Origin: Eledone cirrhosa
Lineage: Eukaryota
Length of the DNA stretch: 64,000 nt
Assembly (NCBI GenBank): GCA_964016885.1
Contig: OZ024742.1
Span: forward strand, 264,988,001 to 265,052,000
Direction of reading: 5' to 3'
Part shown: positions 13,178 through 26,266 of the stretch, piece after piece
How the letters are laid out: each line of letters starts with the position of its first letter
Position numbering within the stretch: the first letter of the stretch is position 1
The notes under the pieces: generated by a model
Told to the model about the DNA's origin: nothing
Database searches by the model: none
What the model saw: the letters and a program-made list of their open reading frames with translations, nothing else
Made by a program: the position numbers and the translations under genes

Positions 13178-13931
13178 AAAGAATAGAGGTGTAACACATA
13201 AGTTATGATATATTGGTAAACGGAAAAGAAAATGCTGACAAATTGTTCACAGTGAAAAATAGTTTAATTAGGAATAAGTGAGAATTAGTAATAGTATTGG
13301 TTAGTATTCAGTTTTGGTTTTAAGTTTTACCGGTTGCGCATTTCTAATGCTTTTCAAAAATAATTTTGAGATAGAGCGCCCGTAATATTTGCTCTAATCT
13401 GATTAGTTTTGGAAATTCTACCTGTTTTTATGTGAAAAAAGTGGCCGCAGCGCTATTAAAATAAGTTTCGCGCCAATTCGTGTTGCAAAAATTCTTGTGG
13501 TCAAAACAATTTTGATTGGTCGGTAGAGGTCATGTGAATGTTAAAAATTGATTTTGCGCCAAATGTAGGTTTGTGTCGGCTGGTTGAGAAGTCAGTGAAA
13601 AATAAGTCTTTCAAAACAAATATGTGTGTGTGTGTAGTAGTATAGAGGTTCGTTGTTGTGATAATGGTCAGCAGGGATGTGTGTGCGAACCGCAGCCTGT
13701 TGACAGTTCAAATGCCTATTAAGACAAGTATGTGTGTGTGTAACAGAGTAATTCATGGTAGAGGGATGGTCAGTAGGAATGTGTCTGTAAGTGTGTGGGG
13801 GATATTTTAACATGTTAAAAAATATTTTTCAGCTCTTGTCTTATACGGAGAAATGTGTGTGTGTGTGTGTATGTCTCTTCGTATGTTAATGTACGCGTGT
13901 GTATGTATATGTGTATATATGTGTGTGTGTG

Positions 13932-13977
<46 letters not shown>

Positions 13978-15930
13978 AATGTGTGTGTGTGGGTGGACCA
14001 GTATCTATTTTTGTGATACTGGTAAGATGGTGTACATTATTCGATATTTTCAGTAAAAACGATTCTCTCTATAGAACATCAAAAACCTTAATAATAAAAG
14101 GTGTGAAATGATATATAGTATTGGCATAATACCAAGGTGTGTGTGATTGTCCAGATTGTACGTACTGCAAGGGGAATCCATTAGGCCTTGCCGTATTGGA
14201 ATACTTGTGTACAAATATGTATGTGCCCATCAGTGTGCAATGTATGTGTGCGTTTATGTATGTGTGTGTGTCGGCACGTTTATATCTATAGACATCAAAA
14301 GGTATGCAAATTTGTGTATATTTGTGTTGCACCATAGAACATGTGTGTTTACGTATGTCATTGTGTTTATATGTGGATAGAGATGTATGCTGATGTAGGT
14401 ATGTATGTTGACGTGTGTATGTTGTGGGTTCGTCTTAGGGAGAAGTGTTTAGACGGGGTCCGTATTTGTTAATAAAGTAAGATTCCTTGCTGATGAGCTG
14501 TGTGTGGGTGGCATTATCTTTAAATCTGTAGAGGGGAAAGATTCTGAAGTTGGGATGATTTTGGGCGGCACAGGTATCAATGTGTTCACTCAGTGGTATT
14601 TTCCTGTATTCTCGTATTTTAATTTGGGATCTATGGACAGTCATGCGTGGCGGAGGCTGTTTTTGGTCTGGCCTATGTATTGTTCTCGACAACCTGAGCA
14701 AGTTAATACATATATTAGATTTTCTGATGCGCATGTGAAATTGTGTTTTACTATAAAACGTTGTCCTTCTTTGAAATAGAATTCCGAATCCTCTATTAGG
14801 TTGACGCATATGCCACAGTTGGGTCTATCGCATTTTTTTTACTGTGGGTTTCGTTGTTGTGGTTGGCAGTACTTTGGCATGTGTTAGGATGTTTTTCATT
14901 GACTTAGATTGTCTTTTGCTCTTTATGATATCGTGTGTTCGTAGGATTTGGTTCATTCTATGGTCCTTTTTCAACACAGGGATGTTCTGGAGGATGGTGT
15001 CAAAGGCCTCATTGTTGAGGGGGTTGTGTGTGGAGATGTATGGAAGAGCTTTTAGTTTCGGTTGATTTACTTTAGGGTGTCTAAGGTCCTGGGTACTGAG
15101 TTTTAGGGCACGTTGGATTCCATTGTCAATTAGTGATGCAGGGTAGTCCCTGTCTATGAGTGTGTCCTTTAGTTCTTGTAGCCGTAAGTAGCAGGTGTTT
15201 TTATTGGAGACTATAGTACAGATTCTCTTGGCTAAGTTGTAGGGAATATTAATTTTAACGTGTCTAGGGTGGCAATTCTCACACACACACACATATATAT
15301 ACACACACACACATATATACATACACACCCGTACATTAACATACAAAGAGACATATACATACACACACACTTCTCCGTATAAGACAAGAGCTGAAAAATA
15401 TCTTTTAACATGTTAAAATATCCCCACACACTTACAGACACATTCCTACTGACCATCCCTCTACCACGAATTATTCTGCTACACACACACACACTTGTCT
15501 TAATAGGCATTTGAACTGTCAACAGGCTGCGGTTCGCACACACATCCCTGCTGACCATTATCACAACAACGAACCTCTTTACTACTACACACACACACAC
15601 ACATATTTGTTTTGAAAGACTTATTTTTCACTGACTTCTCAACCAGCCGACACAAACCTACATTTGGCGCAAAATCAATTTTTAACATTCACATGACCTC
15701 TACCGACCAATCAAAATTGTTTTGACCACAAGAATTTTTGCAACACGAATTGGCGCGAAACTTATTTTAATAGCGCTGCGGCCACTTTTTTCACATAAAA
15801 ACAGGTAGAATTTCCAAAACTAACCAGATTAGTGCAAACATCATGGACGCTCTATCTCAAAATTATTTTTGAAAAGCATTAGAAATGCGCAACCGGTAAA
15901 ACTTAAAACCAAAACTGAATACTAACCAAT
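13175..15930 (-). mobile_element. 5'-truncated Penelope-like element (Neptune-type) with GIY-YIG endonuclease and an inverted pLTR of about 650 bp
   Basis: Frameshifted ORF at about 14435-15277: NIPYNLAKRICTIVS (RT thumb), CDRPNCGIC linker, LIYVLTCSGCREQYIGQT (GIY-YIG), KESYFINKY..LN. 13296-13975 is the reverse complement of 15278-15930. Confidence 0.9.
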
Positions 15931-17610
15931 CATCATCATCATCATCATCAGGTTTAGCGTCCGTGTTCCACGCTTGCATGGGTTTGGACGGGGGTTTTCC
16001 CACTTGAGGCAAGAGTGGTTGTCTTGCTCGCATAGGACTGTCTGGCGTGTTTTCTACAGTTGGATGCCCTTCCTAACACCAACCACATTTACAGTGTGGG
16101 GCTGGGAGGTTTTTACCGTGTTGCCTACACGGCCACATTACAGCGTGGACTGTCTGGCGGGTTTTCTACAGCTGGATGCCCTTCCTAACACCAACCACAT
16201 TTACAGTGTGGGGCTGGGAGGTTTTTACCGTGTTGCCTACACGGCCACATTTACAGCGTGGACTGTGTGTTTTTTGTCGTGACACCTACACGATCTCATT
16301 TGTTTCGGCCTGGATGTTGTGGGACCAACATAACTTTACATTGAAAGGGGCGGTGTGGGTGGGGTGGAGGGTGGTGGGACGGGGGTGTGTTTTGATAGAG
16401 ATGCCTACTGACTGTAGTAGATTTTTACTTTGTATTTAGGTAAGGCGGGTCTTCTCTATTACTGAGTACCGCCAAAGGTCTCGGTCCAGTGACATTGTCT
16501 TGGAGAGGTGTAAGCGTGTGAGGTCGGAATTTATCAGCTCGTCCCATGTTTTTCTGGGTCTGCCTACTCCGTGGCTACCGTCTATCTTTATTGCCCTGCA
16601 CTTTGTTATACAGCTGTCGTCTTTCATGCGCATCACGTGACCGTACCAACGTAGCCTTCTCTCGAGTAAACAACATCTGATCCCTCTTATTTCTAATTTT
16701 TTCCTTAGTTCGTTTATGCTTTGCCGTTCACGTATATTACTATTGCACATCCAGCGGAGCATGCAAGCTTCGTTCCTCTCTAGTCTGCGTATATCCTCTG
16801 CACACAATGCCCAGGTCTCACTGCCATGCAGCATTGCTGTTCGTATGCAGGCATCGTATAACCTGCCTTTCATTTTTAGGGAGAACCCTCTAGCGGCTAA
16901 TAGTGGTATAAGCTCTCTGAACTTTTTCCATCCAGTTCTGACTCTAGCTACTGTACTTTCAGAGCACCCTCCCCCACTGCTGATTTTGTCACCCAGATAA
17001 CGGAAGCTGTCCACTATTTCTATAGAACCCTCTGCGCAGTTGAAGGAGCTAGTATTTTGTGGGCACTTGCTGCTACTTATTGCACCAGAGCACCGGCCAC
17101 ATGTAAAATCTATGTTCTTAGTTAGCTTACCTGTGATCCCACTACATCTTTTATGCACCCATACTTTGCATTTGGGACATAAAATGGAGTTTCTACCTAC
17201 GCCTTTCCTACACACTGAGCATGGCCATTTCCCCGATGGGACCGCCGCCTTATTTTCTTTCCTACAAACTAGAACTTTAGTCTTAGCCAGGTTAATTTTA
17301 AGGCCTTTTGATTCTAGGCCGTGCTTCCACGTTTGGAATTTCTTCTCTAGTTCGGTCATTGATTCAGCTATGAGCGTTAGATCATCTGCGTATAGGAGTT
17401 CCCATGGGCAGCCGGTCTTGAACTCCTCTGTTATAGCCTGAAGGGCAATAATAAATAGTAGGGGGCTAAGAACAGAGCCCTGATGGACACCAACTTTTAC
17501 GCTAAACTCTTCACTATATTCGTTGTTAATTCTAACCTTACTGACTGTTTCTTTATACATGGCTTGTATAGCTCTCACAAGCCATTCGTCAACACCTAGT
17601 TTTCTAAGAG
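15931..17610 (-). mobile_element. Young 5'-truncated RTE LINE with an uninterrupted 380-aa RT/C-terminal ORF and PHD-like finger
   Basis: GVHQGSVLSPLLF, LYADDL, CSVC...CPKC.VWVHKRC...CGRC, RLRWYGHV, GRPRKTW; (GAT)n tail. The 3' UTR has a tandem duplication of about 112 bp (16035-16260). Confidence 0.95.
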
Positions 17611-17692
17611 ACCATACTAATTCTCACTTATTCCTAATTAAACTATTTTTCACTGTGAACAATTTGTCAGCATTTTCTTTTCCATTTACCAA

Positions 17693-17836
<144 letters not shown>

Positions 17837-19324
17837 TGCTTATACACAAATGGATATGGACATACAACTTTTGCATTTTCTGATACCTTTATGTATGAAT
17901 TGTGTGGAAGAATATTCTTATCACCAACATTATCATTACTGCCATTGCCACCATCATTAATTATACCATCACCATCATCACCACCAGTTGTTTGCAGCAG
18001 ACAGACTTTTTTTTTAATATTCTTTAGTGTCTAAACCCATCACCACCTGCTATGTACTAATTCATGCATTGCCACACTTGCTTGGAGCCAGCAATCATCT
18101 ATTTCCATACTCTGTTTATGATGCTGTTGTTGTTGTTGTTGTTGTTGCAGTTTCATTCACCTCATATCCTCATCATGCCATTACCACTGCCACTAACCAT
18201 GTATTGTACTATTCAATACATTTCATCAATTAAATACTATCTTCCTACTTTTCTTACAGTTGTGGTTGCCACAAGCAATAGAACTATACATCACATCCAA
18301 CTTGTATTGCTGCATTTCTTATGCTTCTTTGCTTTGTTGTTGTAGTATTTCTAATTTATTTCCTTTTTGTTATTTTCTTTTGTTCTCCCTCTCTCTTTCT
18401 CTCTCTCACCCTGCATCTGTTAATGTCATCTTCATTTATTGCTTTTTAAGATTTAATGAAGGATTGGTTAGTCAACATTTTAAGCGATTGGTAGTACTAA
18501 TAGCGGTGGTGGTGGTAGTGTGTTTTTGTTGGTGGTGGTGATGGTAGACATGTCATCAATTCCAATGCATTGGATATTTAGAGTTACAGTCAACTGAATG
18601 AACATCAGTATATAATTACTGGCCCTTAGTGAACCTGGTTGATATAAATGGGGTATTCAATTCCAGCATAATGAGGAATTTAATCTGGTACCCTATTCTT
18701 TAAAGCATATAATTAGGACTAGTTTCTCACATTTAAACAAATTCGACTTATACTCACACATATGCTAGACAAGACTTGATATTAGTGGATAAGAAGGTAT
18801 AATTAGTTGAATCAACCATTGTACATGACTTCTAATGTGTTACTAATTTTATTGACTTTGTAAAATCGATCCTGTTAGGGTTTGAACTCACAATATAGCA
18901 GAGGGGAAAAAACTAAACCCTGTAAAAGAAACCTCAAAACTACTGTACAATTAATCCATTTAATTCCTCTTGGATTTTCTGAGCCCTACCTGGGGCCCCA
19001 ATCTTATCCTTAATAAACCACAACAAAGCATAAATAATACAATGAAACAAAAATTGTCAAATTGAAAAACCACCTAGAAATATGAAAGGCACAATTTGTT
19101 GTGACAATATGTTGTATGTAACTAACACAGCCCCTACCAGTAAGGGTTCAATCACACTCTAACCTCTACATCTCAGAACACTATTGAGACCCTAGCATAA
19201 AAAAAAATCATTCAAACTCTCTCCTGCCCTTTCTACAAATTTGCTTGTCTTTTGCCTATATTAGAAATCAGTATGAATATTGTTATTATTACGAAATACT
19301 GTGCTGGAATTGTATACCAATCAT

Positions 19325-19705
19325 AATGGTTTGTAACTTAGGCACAAAGCCAGTAATCTTAAGGGAAAGAGAAAGTCAATTAAATCAACACCACTTCATG
19401 ACTAGAACTTTATTTTATTCACCCTCAAAGATGAAAGACAAAGTTGACCTCAGTGGAATTTGAACTTATAATATAATGAGCCGGAACAAATGCTACAAAA
19501 CATTTGTCAAACATTCTAATAATTGTTTCGACTTTTGGTACAAGACCAGCAATTATCCCAGTGCATCACTGGTACTTTATTTTATCTACCCCGTAAGGAT
19601 GAAAGGCAAAGTTAACCATAGTGGGATTTGAACTCAGAACGTAAAGGGCCATAACTCTATGCTGCAAAGCATGGTGTTTGACGCTCTACCGATATTGCCA
19701 ATGCA
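19325..19705 (-). mobile_element. Two nested or adjacent Meta-type SINEs
   Basis: Two reverse-complement copies of the core (gatgaaag.caaagtt..cc, gatttgaact). Confidence 0.8.
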
Positions 19706-20274
19706 AAGCAGCTATGAATATTGTTCTTTCACTGAATTTTAGTTGATCTCTGCTGTGTTCAGAATGTAGTAATACCCAGACTGCCACACAAAACTCCATA
19801 GAAGGAAGCATAGTGTATCTAGAACAAGATCTTTGGATTGTACCTCCCTACTGACTGACTACATATATGTTATTGATTTTCTCAGTCAGAGCTAACCAGG
19901 GTTATAATATAAAATACTGTTCTGTACTGTTAAGGTTGTAAAACCTTTCTCATATCTGACTTTTTTTTTTAGGGGGAAATAATTCTAACCCGCTAAGCTA
20001 TCAATTTGTGCTCCAATAGTTCCATTATGCCACTTCTATCAGACATTTCAATGGTTTGTGTTCAATATAAAAACTGTATTTGGGTTTATTGTTTCTATAG
20101 GTTAGATATAGTCAATCAGGACTTTTTTTTTTGGCAATGAACATTGTGAAGCATTAATGTTTATAGTATTGTGATCATTTTAAAATGGCGCCTTTTAGAT
20201 AACAATAATCAGTTGATAACATTAAGCAGAGAATATAACAATATCTTGAGTGTATTCGACACACCTACTTTAAT

Positions 20275-20467
20275 AATAATGGTTTTACTTTTGGCACAAG
20301 GCCAGCAATTACCTCCAGTGCATTACTGGTGCTTTATTTTATCCTCCCCGAAAGGATGAAAGGTAAAGTTAACCTCGGCGGGATTTGAAATTAGACTGTA
20401 AAGGGCTGTAACTCTATGCTGCTAAGCATAGCGTCCAACCCTCTACCGATACTACCAAACCACCGCT
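20275..20467 (-). mobile_element. Meta-type SINE with TSD ctactttaataataat
   Basis: Full consensus match with the direct repeat on both flanks. Confidence 0.85.
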
Positions 20468-20485
20468 CTACTTTAATAATAATAT

Positions 20486-20705
20486 GTGTCAAGGAAAACC
20501 GTGATATTGTCGGGGAGAAGTGTGTCCTTAATGATGATGGTGTACTTGCCATCACTGACACTGATAAGGTAACTTGGAAGTATCACTACGAAAGGCTACT
20601 AAATGAGGAGAATAATTGGGAGAAAGACAGTCTCCCCCACATCGATCCAATAGAGGGACCAGCAGTGCAAGTTGAAGGTAGTATAATAAGTAAGGCGATC
20701 AAAGA
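20486..20705 (+). mobile_element. Internal RTE ORF fragment
   Basis: VKENRDIVGEKCVLNDDG...WKYHYERLLNEEN.W is typical of the RTE pre-RT linker. Confidence 0.75.
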
Positions 20706-20866
20706 CATTACCAATGCTATCACCACAATTTTGCTACTTCTGCTGCTATCCCTCCTACTACCCCTCCTACTATATTACATTATTTTCACTTTATTTCACT
20801 TTCCTTCTTTACTTTTATTTTATCTTATTTTAATTTATTTTATTTATTTATTCTTTTGTCTTCAAG

Positions 20867-20983
20867 AAACTTCACCGGTTGGCAGCAACTTCTCCGTTGC
20901 ACCATCTTATTCTGTTGCAACGTCCCGATCTGGTGCTCTAATATTACCACATAATGGAACCAACATTGGAATGCGCGATTCAG
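20867..20983 (+). CDS. ARNTL: Penultimate coding exon of BMAL1/ARNTL (ETSPVGSNFSVAPSYSVATSRSGALILPHNGTNIGMRDS)
   Basis: Long polypyrimidine tract ending ttcaag|, donor CAG|gtacac, 117 nt, phase 1-1. Joins the TAD exon in frame and is S/P/G-rich like the disordered BMAL1 tail. Confidence 0.75.
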
Positions 20984-21299
20984 GTACACAGAGCCTAAAC
21001 ACCTTGTTGACCTTTCAAAACATTATCCCATGTGTAGTTGCACTGGCCTGAAATACATAACATTAGCCAGCTGTACTGATACAATGACCCTAAACACTGT
21101 ATTAACTCCCTAAACACATTAGCCCATAATACAAGGTACACCTTTTTACCCATAGTGAATTAAACAAATGAACCTATTATTCAGATGGTGTCAGGGATGT
21201 TGTTGTTATTGTGGGTGAGTTAATGGTGATGGTAGTGATGTTTTATTATATTTTTTTTGTTTTAATGGTTTGGTTTGGGGAAAGAGGTTTCCTCATCCC

Positions 21300-22030
21300 T
21301 TCTAATACAGGTGAGATCAGATCAATGCAGGTGATGTTCCTTCTAAACAGCTTCAGGAAAAACATGAATATGGAGGGAACTCTATATGGCTGACATTCCT
21401 GGGAAGGGAGGAAGTGATTACATGATTAGTGCAAGACCTAGTAGGAAGGGGTCACAACATGGGAGCTAACATGAAAAGAGATGAAGTGGGTGTCTCTAAG
21501 TAGCAGTGGTATGAGACTGGCTAGATCTGAGGAGCAGACAGAGGCCTCTGTAGTAGTGGTGGAAAAAGCAGATGGAGGATACAGCATGTCTATGAATTAG
21601 GTGTTGGAGTGTGTTGGCTAATGACTTCTTGCCTATCAAGCCATAGGTGTTTGGGGGGCTGTGGTTTATGATCCCTGTTTATATACTAACAGGATTGTCC
21701 CTGGTATATAAGCTGTATTCCATTGTGGATCTTACTGGAATTTTGTAAATGTGGCTAGTCATTGCTATGTTGAGGATGTGAGACTGCCAGGAGAGATTAT
21801 CAGCGATGGTGTAGCTTATCAATTATAGAGACTTTGAAAGTTCTATTTACGTGTTATTCATGTTTAGGAGAGGGTGTACAAGATTGTTTTCTTGATATGT
21901 GTAGTGATTGTGTCATTGAGCAGTTAAAGGAGATAATTAGGGAATGTTTTCTATGTCTCGTTCCATTCATGGAGGCAGTGCTAGTTTGGCCTGAGATGTC
22001 TAGGTTGTCTACAGATGACTCTCAGATATA
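21300..22030 (-). mobile_element. Degraded CR1/Jockey-like LINE C-terminal fragment
   Basis: Minus-strand peptides such as VRSTMEYS and LANTLQHLIHRHAVSSICFFHHYYRGLC resemble the CR1-type C-terminus; many stops. Confidence 0.5.
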
Positions 22031-22634
22031 GGTTAGGTGGTGGTAGTAGTGATGATGATGATAGTAGTGGTGATGGTCATGGTGGTGTGGTGTGGTGGTG
22101 TTAGTGATGATGGGGTGGTGTTGGTGGTAGCGATGATGTTGATGCCTTTATTATTTTCTGTGAGATGTATTTGTTGTTGTGGTAGTGTTGCTGGTTTTAT
22201 TATTGTTGTGTCCATTGTTTTTGTAGTCTTTTTTCTTGTTGAAGTAAAAGTTGAGGTTGGTGGTGATCATTATTTCAACAAGTCAAATTCTGCTGAGATC
22301 AACTTTCCCTTTCATCATTCCAGTGCCAAATAAAGTACCAATCAAGTACTAGGGTTGATTTAAACAATTTTTCTCTCTTCCAAAATTGCTGGCCTTATGT
22401 TTATATTAGAAACCACAATTTCAACAACTCTGTAACACATTACTATTCAATGTATGTTTGCTGTTCTATACAATGAAACACTATATTGTTTCCCTCCTTC
22501 CTCTTCGTTTCTTCTTTCCGATTACTGAAATATTCTCATATAGTTAGAAAATCTAAGAATAATTAGTTATTACCCCAAAATGCCAGCAGATTACTTTGAC
22601 AAAAATAACAATGGCAATTCCAATGACAACAAAC

Positions 22635-22850
22635 GATTTCTAATTTAGGCACAAGGCCAGCAATTTTGGGCAGAAGAAAAAGTCGATTATATCAACCCCA
22701 GTGTGTGATTGGTACTCTATTTTATCAATCTTCTCAGAAGGATGAAAAACAAAGTTGACCTCGATTGGAATTAAACTCAGAAAGTAAAGATATAGAACAA
22801 ATATTGCTAAGCATTTGTCTGATACTTTTATTACTCTGCCAATCCACTGC
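22635..22850 (-). mobile_element. Older Meta-type SINE
   Basis: taggcacaaggccagcaatttt...gatgaaa.acaaagttgacctc...aactcagaa. Confidence 0.75.
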
Positions 22851-23379
22851 ATTCACTACAATGACAATAAGAAAACCTAACAAGGTAACCCTCCACAGTG
22901 ATGATGTTAGCAGAAAGAAATTGTTGTCAATGTGGTAAAGTACCAGTCATAAAAGAATAATCTCTGATCATATTTTCACAATTTTAACTTAAAACTATTA
23001 AAATCTAACTATTTATTTCCGTTATGTTCATTTTGTTAAAGTTTTATATATTCTCACTATCCAACACCACCTCACCATGTATATATTATACCTCTCACTT
23101 CTTACCATATATATTATATCGACTTGCATTTCCGCACCACCATCTGTCACATTATATTGTTTACCATCTCACTCTTCATTATCATTTCACTTCTCTTTGT
23201 TTACAACATGCCATCCTACATTTAATCCATTCCTACTTCTTTATTCACTTCAATATAGATTTTATTTGAAGTTGCTTCATTTACCCTCCATTCTACTTCA
23301 AGTATTTAGTCCAGATCATATCATAATATTTTGTGTTTATATCTGTTCTTCTACAACTTCTATTGACCCATTCAGAGCT

Positions 23380-24005
23380 GATTGCAAGCATGGCTATTGA
23401 GTGCATGGCTGGAGGTTGTTTGTATGACTAAATGGTGTAGACATTGCTAAAAGGCATGACTAACGGGTGCAAGCATGGCTAAAGGTTGTTTGCATGGATG
23501 AAGGCTGCAGGCATGGTTAATGGGTGTAGGCAGGGTTGATCAGTTCAGACATGGCTAAAGGTTGCAGGCATTACTAATGAGTGCATGCAGGGATAATAGG
23601 TACTTGCATGGTTAAATCAATATGTGCATTGATAATGAGTGCAAGCAGAAAAAATTGTTTCTACTTTTAGCACAAGGCCACCAATTATCCCAGTACATTA
23701 CTGGTACTTTATTTTATCGAGGATGAAAGGCAAAGTTAACCTCGGCGGGATTTGAACTCAGAACGTAAAGGGCCATAACTCTATGCCGTAAAGCATGGTG
23801 TCTGATGCTCTGCTGATACTACCAATTCACTGCAAGCAGAAAGGATGGGTATATGTAAGGATAATGGGTGCACGCACAATAAATGGCCATATGCATGTTT
23901 AATGGGCCTAATTATGCTAAATGGATGCTTGCTTGGCTAATGGGCTTAATCATTGTAAATGGGCTCATACATGCCTGATTAGCCTAGACATGGTAAACAG
24001 GCACA
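23380..24005 (+). repeat. Degenerate 19-bp minisatellite (about gcatggctaatgggtgcag), interrupted by a SINE
   Basis: Consecutive units gcatggttaatgggtgtag / gcagggttgatcagttcag / acatggctaaaggttgcag / gcattactaatgagtgcat. Confidence 0.8.
23652..23830 (-). mobile_element. Meta-type SINE with 12-bp TSD tgcaagcagaaa
   Basis: TSD at 23640-23651 and 23831-23842. Confidence 0.9.
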
Positions 24006-24425
24006 AGAAGCATGAATGTGATTTTGTGGTTAAGAAGTTTGCTTCACAACCATGTAATTTCGGGTTCAGTCTCACTGTGTAGCCCCTTGGGCAAGTATCT
24101 TCTATCATAGCCTTTGGTCAACCAAAAGCCATGTAAGTGAAATTTACTTGGCAGAAACTCCTTGGAAGCCTCTCGAAAATGTGGTAGGAAGGCTTATGCT
24201 GTTGCCTTGTTTAGTACCACAATCTGACCCTTGGGTGTGTTTAGTCAAAGTGTCTATTCTGAGGATAACATCCTTCTTTACTCCTATCAATCAAAGAGGC
24301 TCTGAAAAGGATGATGGGTAATGGCTCTCCTCTTCTGATTAAATGATATAAAAATGTCTCACTTTTCCCTTTCTTTACTTCTCCTACTCTTCCCCATCTA
24401 TCTATCTCACTCTCACTTTCTATGA

Positions 24426-24620
<195 letters not shown>

Positions 24621-25098
24621 TTCACATTTTATGGGGTTATCTTATTCTTTTGGGGGATTAACAAGATATCATTTTTTTTTTGTAAATCTCTTCATACCTC
24701 TCCACATCTACTTCCATGTTGCTGTGGCTCTTAACACTAATGAAAGTACTGTGTTAAGTTGGCTACTATCGATACCCCCTCCACACAAACTTACACACAC
24801 ATTCACATACATATTCTACTCTCAACTTCACACAATCACCACTGCTTCCCTTCATTTTTTTAATTATTGTTACCCTCTGTGTTGAGAAGCTTGCAGCCAA
24901 ATTGAATGCAAGTGATGTATACCCATGCCAAGTTCTCCATCAGACCTCCTCCCACACATATATCCATACACACACACAGACATGTATATACATTCAAACA
25001 TACATAGATATATACATTTTTATATGCTCAAAAATATAGATACACAGATATGTGTGTGTATATATACATATATGAATGTATATATATATAAATGTGCG

Positions 25099-25145
<47 letters not shown>

Positions 25146-25236
25146 ATATATATGTGTATATATATATATATATGTGTATATATATGTGTATATATATATA
25201 TGTGTATATATATATATGTATATATATATCTATGTG

Positions 25237-25271
<35 letters not shown>

Positions 25272-25272
25272 G

Positions 25273-25324
<52 letters not shown>

Positions 25325-25327
<3 letters not shown>

Positions 25328-25488
25328 AACGATCAACTTTCGTCAAATCGGACCGAGGAAACAAAGTTTCCATTGGTCTTTCCAATTGCTAATACTATCT
25401 ATCGGTCGCAACTCCAGGTAAAAGGAGCAACATGAACATGAAATAAAGTGTCTTGCTGAAGGACATAATGCATTGCCCGGTCCGGGAA

Positions 25489-25490
<2 letters not shown>
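25325..25490 (-). mobile_element. Short CORE-containing element in (TA)n; second copy at 51597-51757
   Basis: Both copies share aaggaacga.c.actttcgt.aaatcggaccgaggaaacaa...aaataaagt.tcttgct.aaggacataa.gcat.gcccggtc and have the same boundaries. Confidence 0.7.
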
Positions 25491-25537
<47 letters not shown>

Positions 25538-25948
25538 GTTTTGTGAAACCATAGATCTGTACCTGGAAATTCCTTTCTAAAGTGCAGATTTGAGCAAAGA
25601 TATTTTATGTAAAATCAACATCCAGCTCCTATTCATACCACGGATGTGAAGCAAAGGAAAAACAAGGGTTGATGCAGCTTGACACCAGTGACGTCGCAAG
25701 TGGACTCAGAATTCAAAGAGCTGAAAAATACCATAAAGCATCATGTCCAATGCTCGAACAGTTCCATCAATCCACTAGTCTAGACTGGTACTTATCAAAC
25801 CCAGAAGGATGAAAAGTAAAGTTGACCTTGGTTGAATTTGAACTCAGAGCTGAAAGAGATAGAACAAATACCATGTGGCATTTATTCCAAGGCTCTTACA
25901 ACTCTGCAATTCACCACAATATATATGTGTCTTTTATATATATATATA

Positions 25949-26017
<69 letters not shown>

Positions 26018-26223
26018 GTATGTATGTATTTGTATATATATGTATATGTATTTGTATATATGTATATGTATGTATGTATTTGTATATATATGTATATGTA
26101 TTTGTATATATGTATATGTATGTATGTATTTATATATATATGTATATTTGTGTATATATGTATATTTGTATATATATATATTTGTGTGTGTGTATATATA
26201 TATATGTATGTATGTATCATCAA

Positions 26224-26266
<43 letters not shown>

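Noticed and set aside
20416-21051. 211-aa ORF as a single gene
   Set aside because: Chance read-through of an antisense SINE, an RTE fragment, the polypyrimidine tract and the real 117-nt exon.
23380-24005. CRISPR-like array
   Set aside because: Eukaryotic context, contiguous degenerate units with no unique spacers, and no cas genes.
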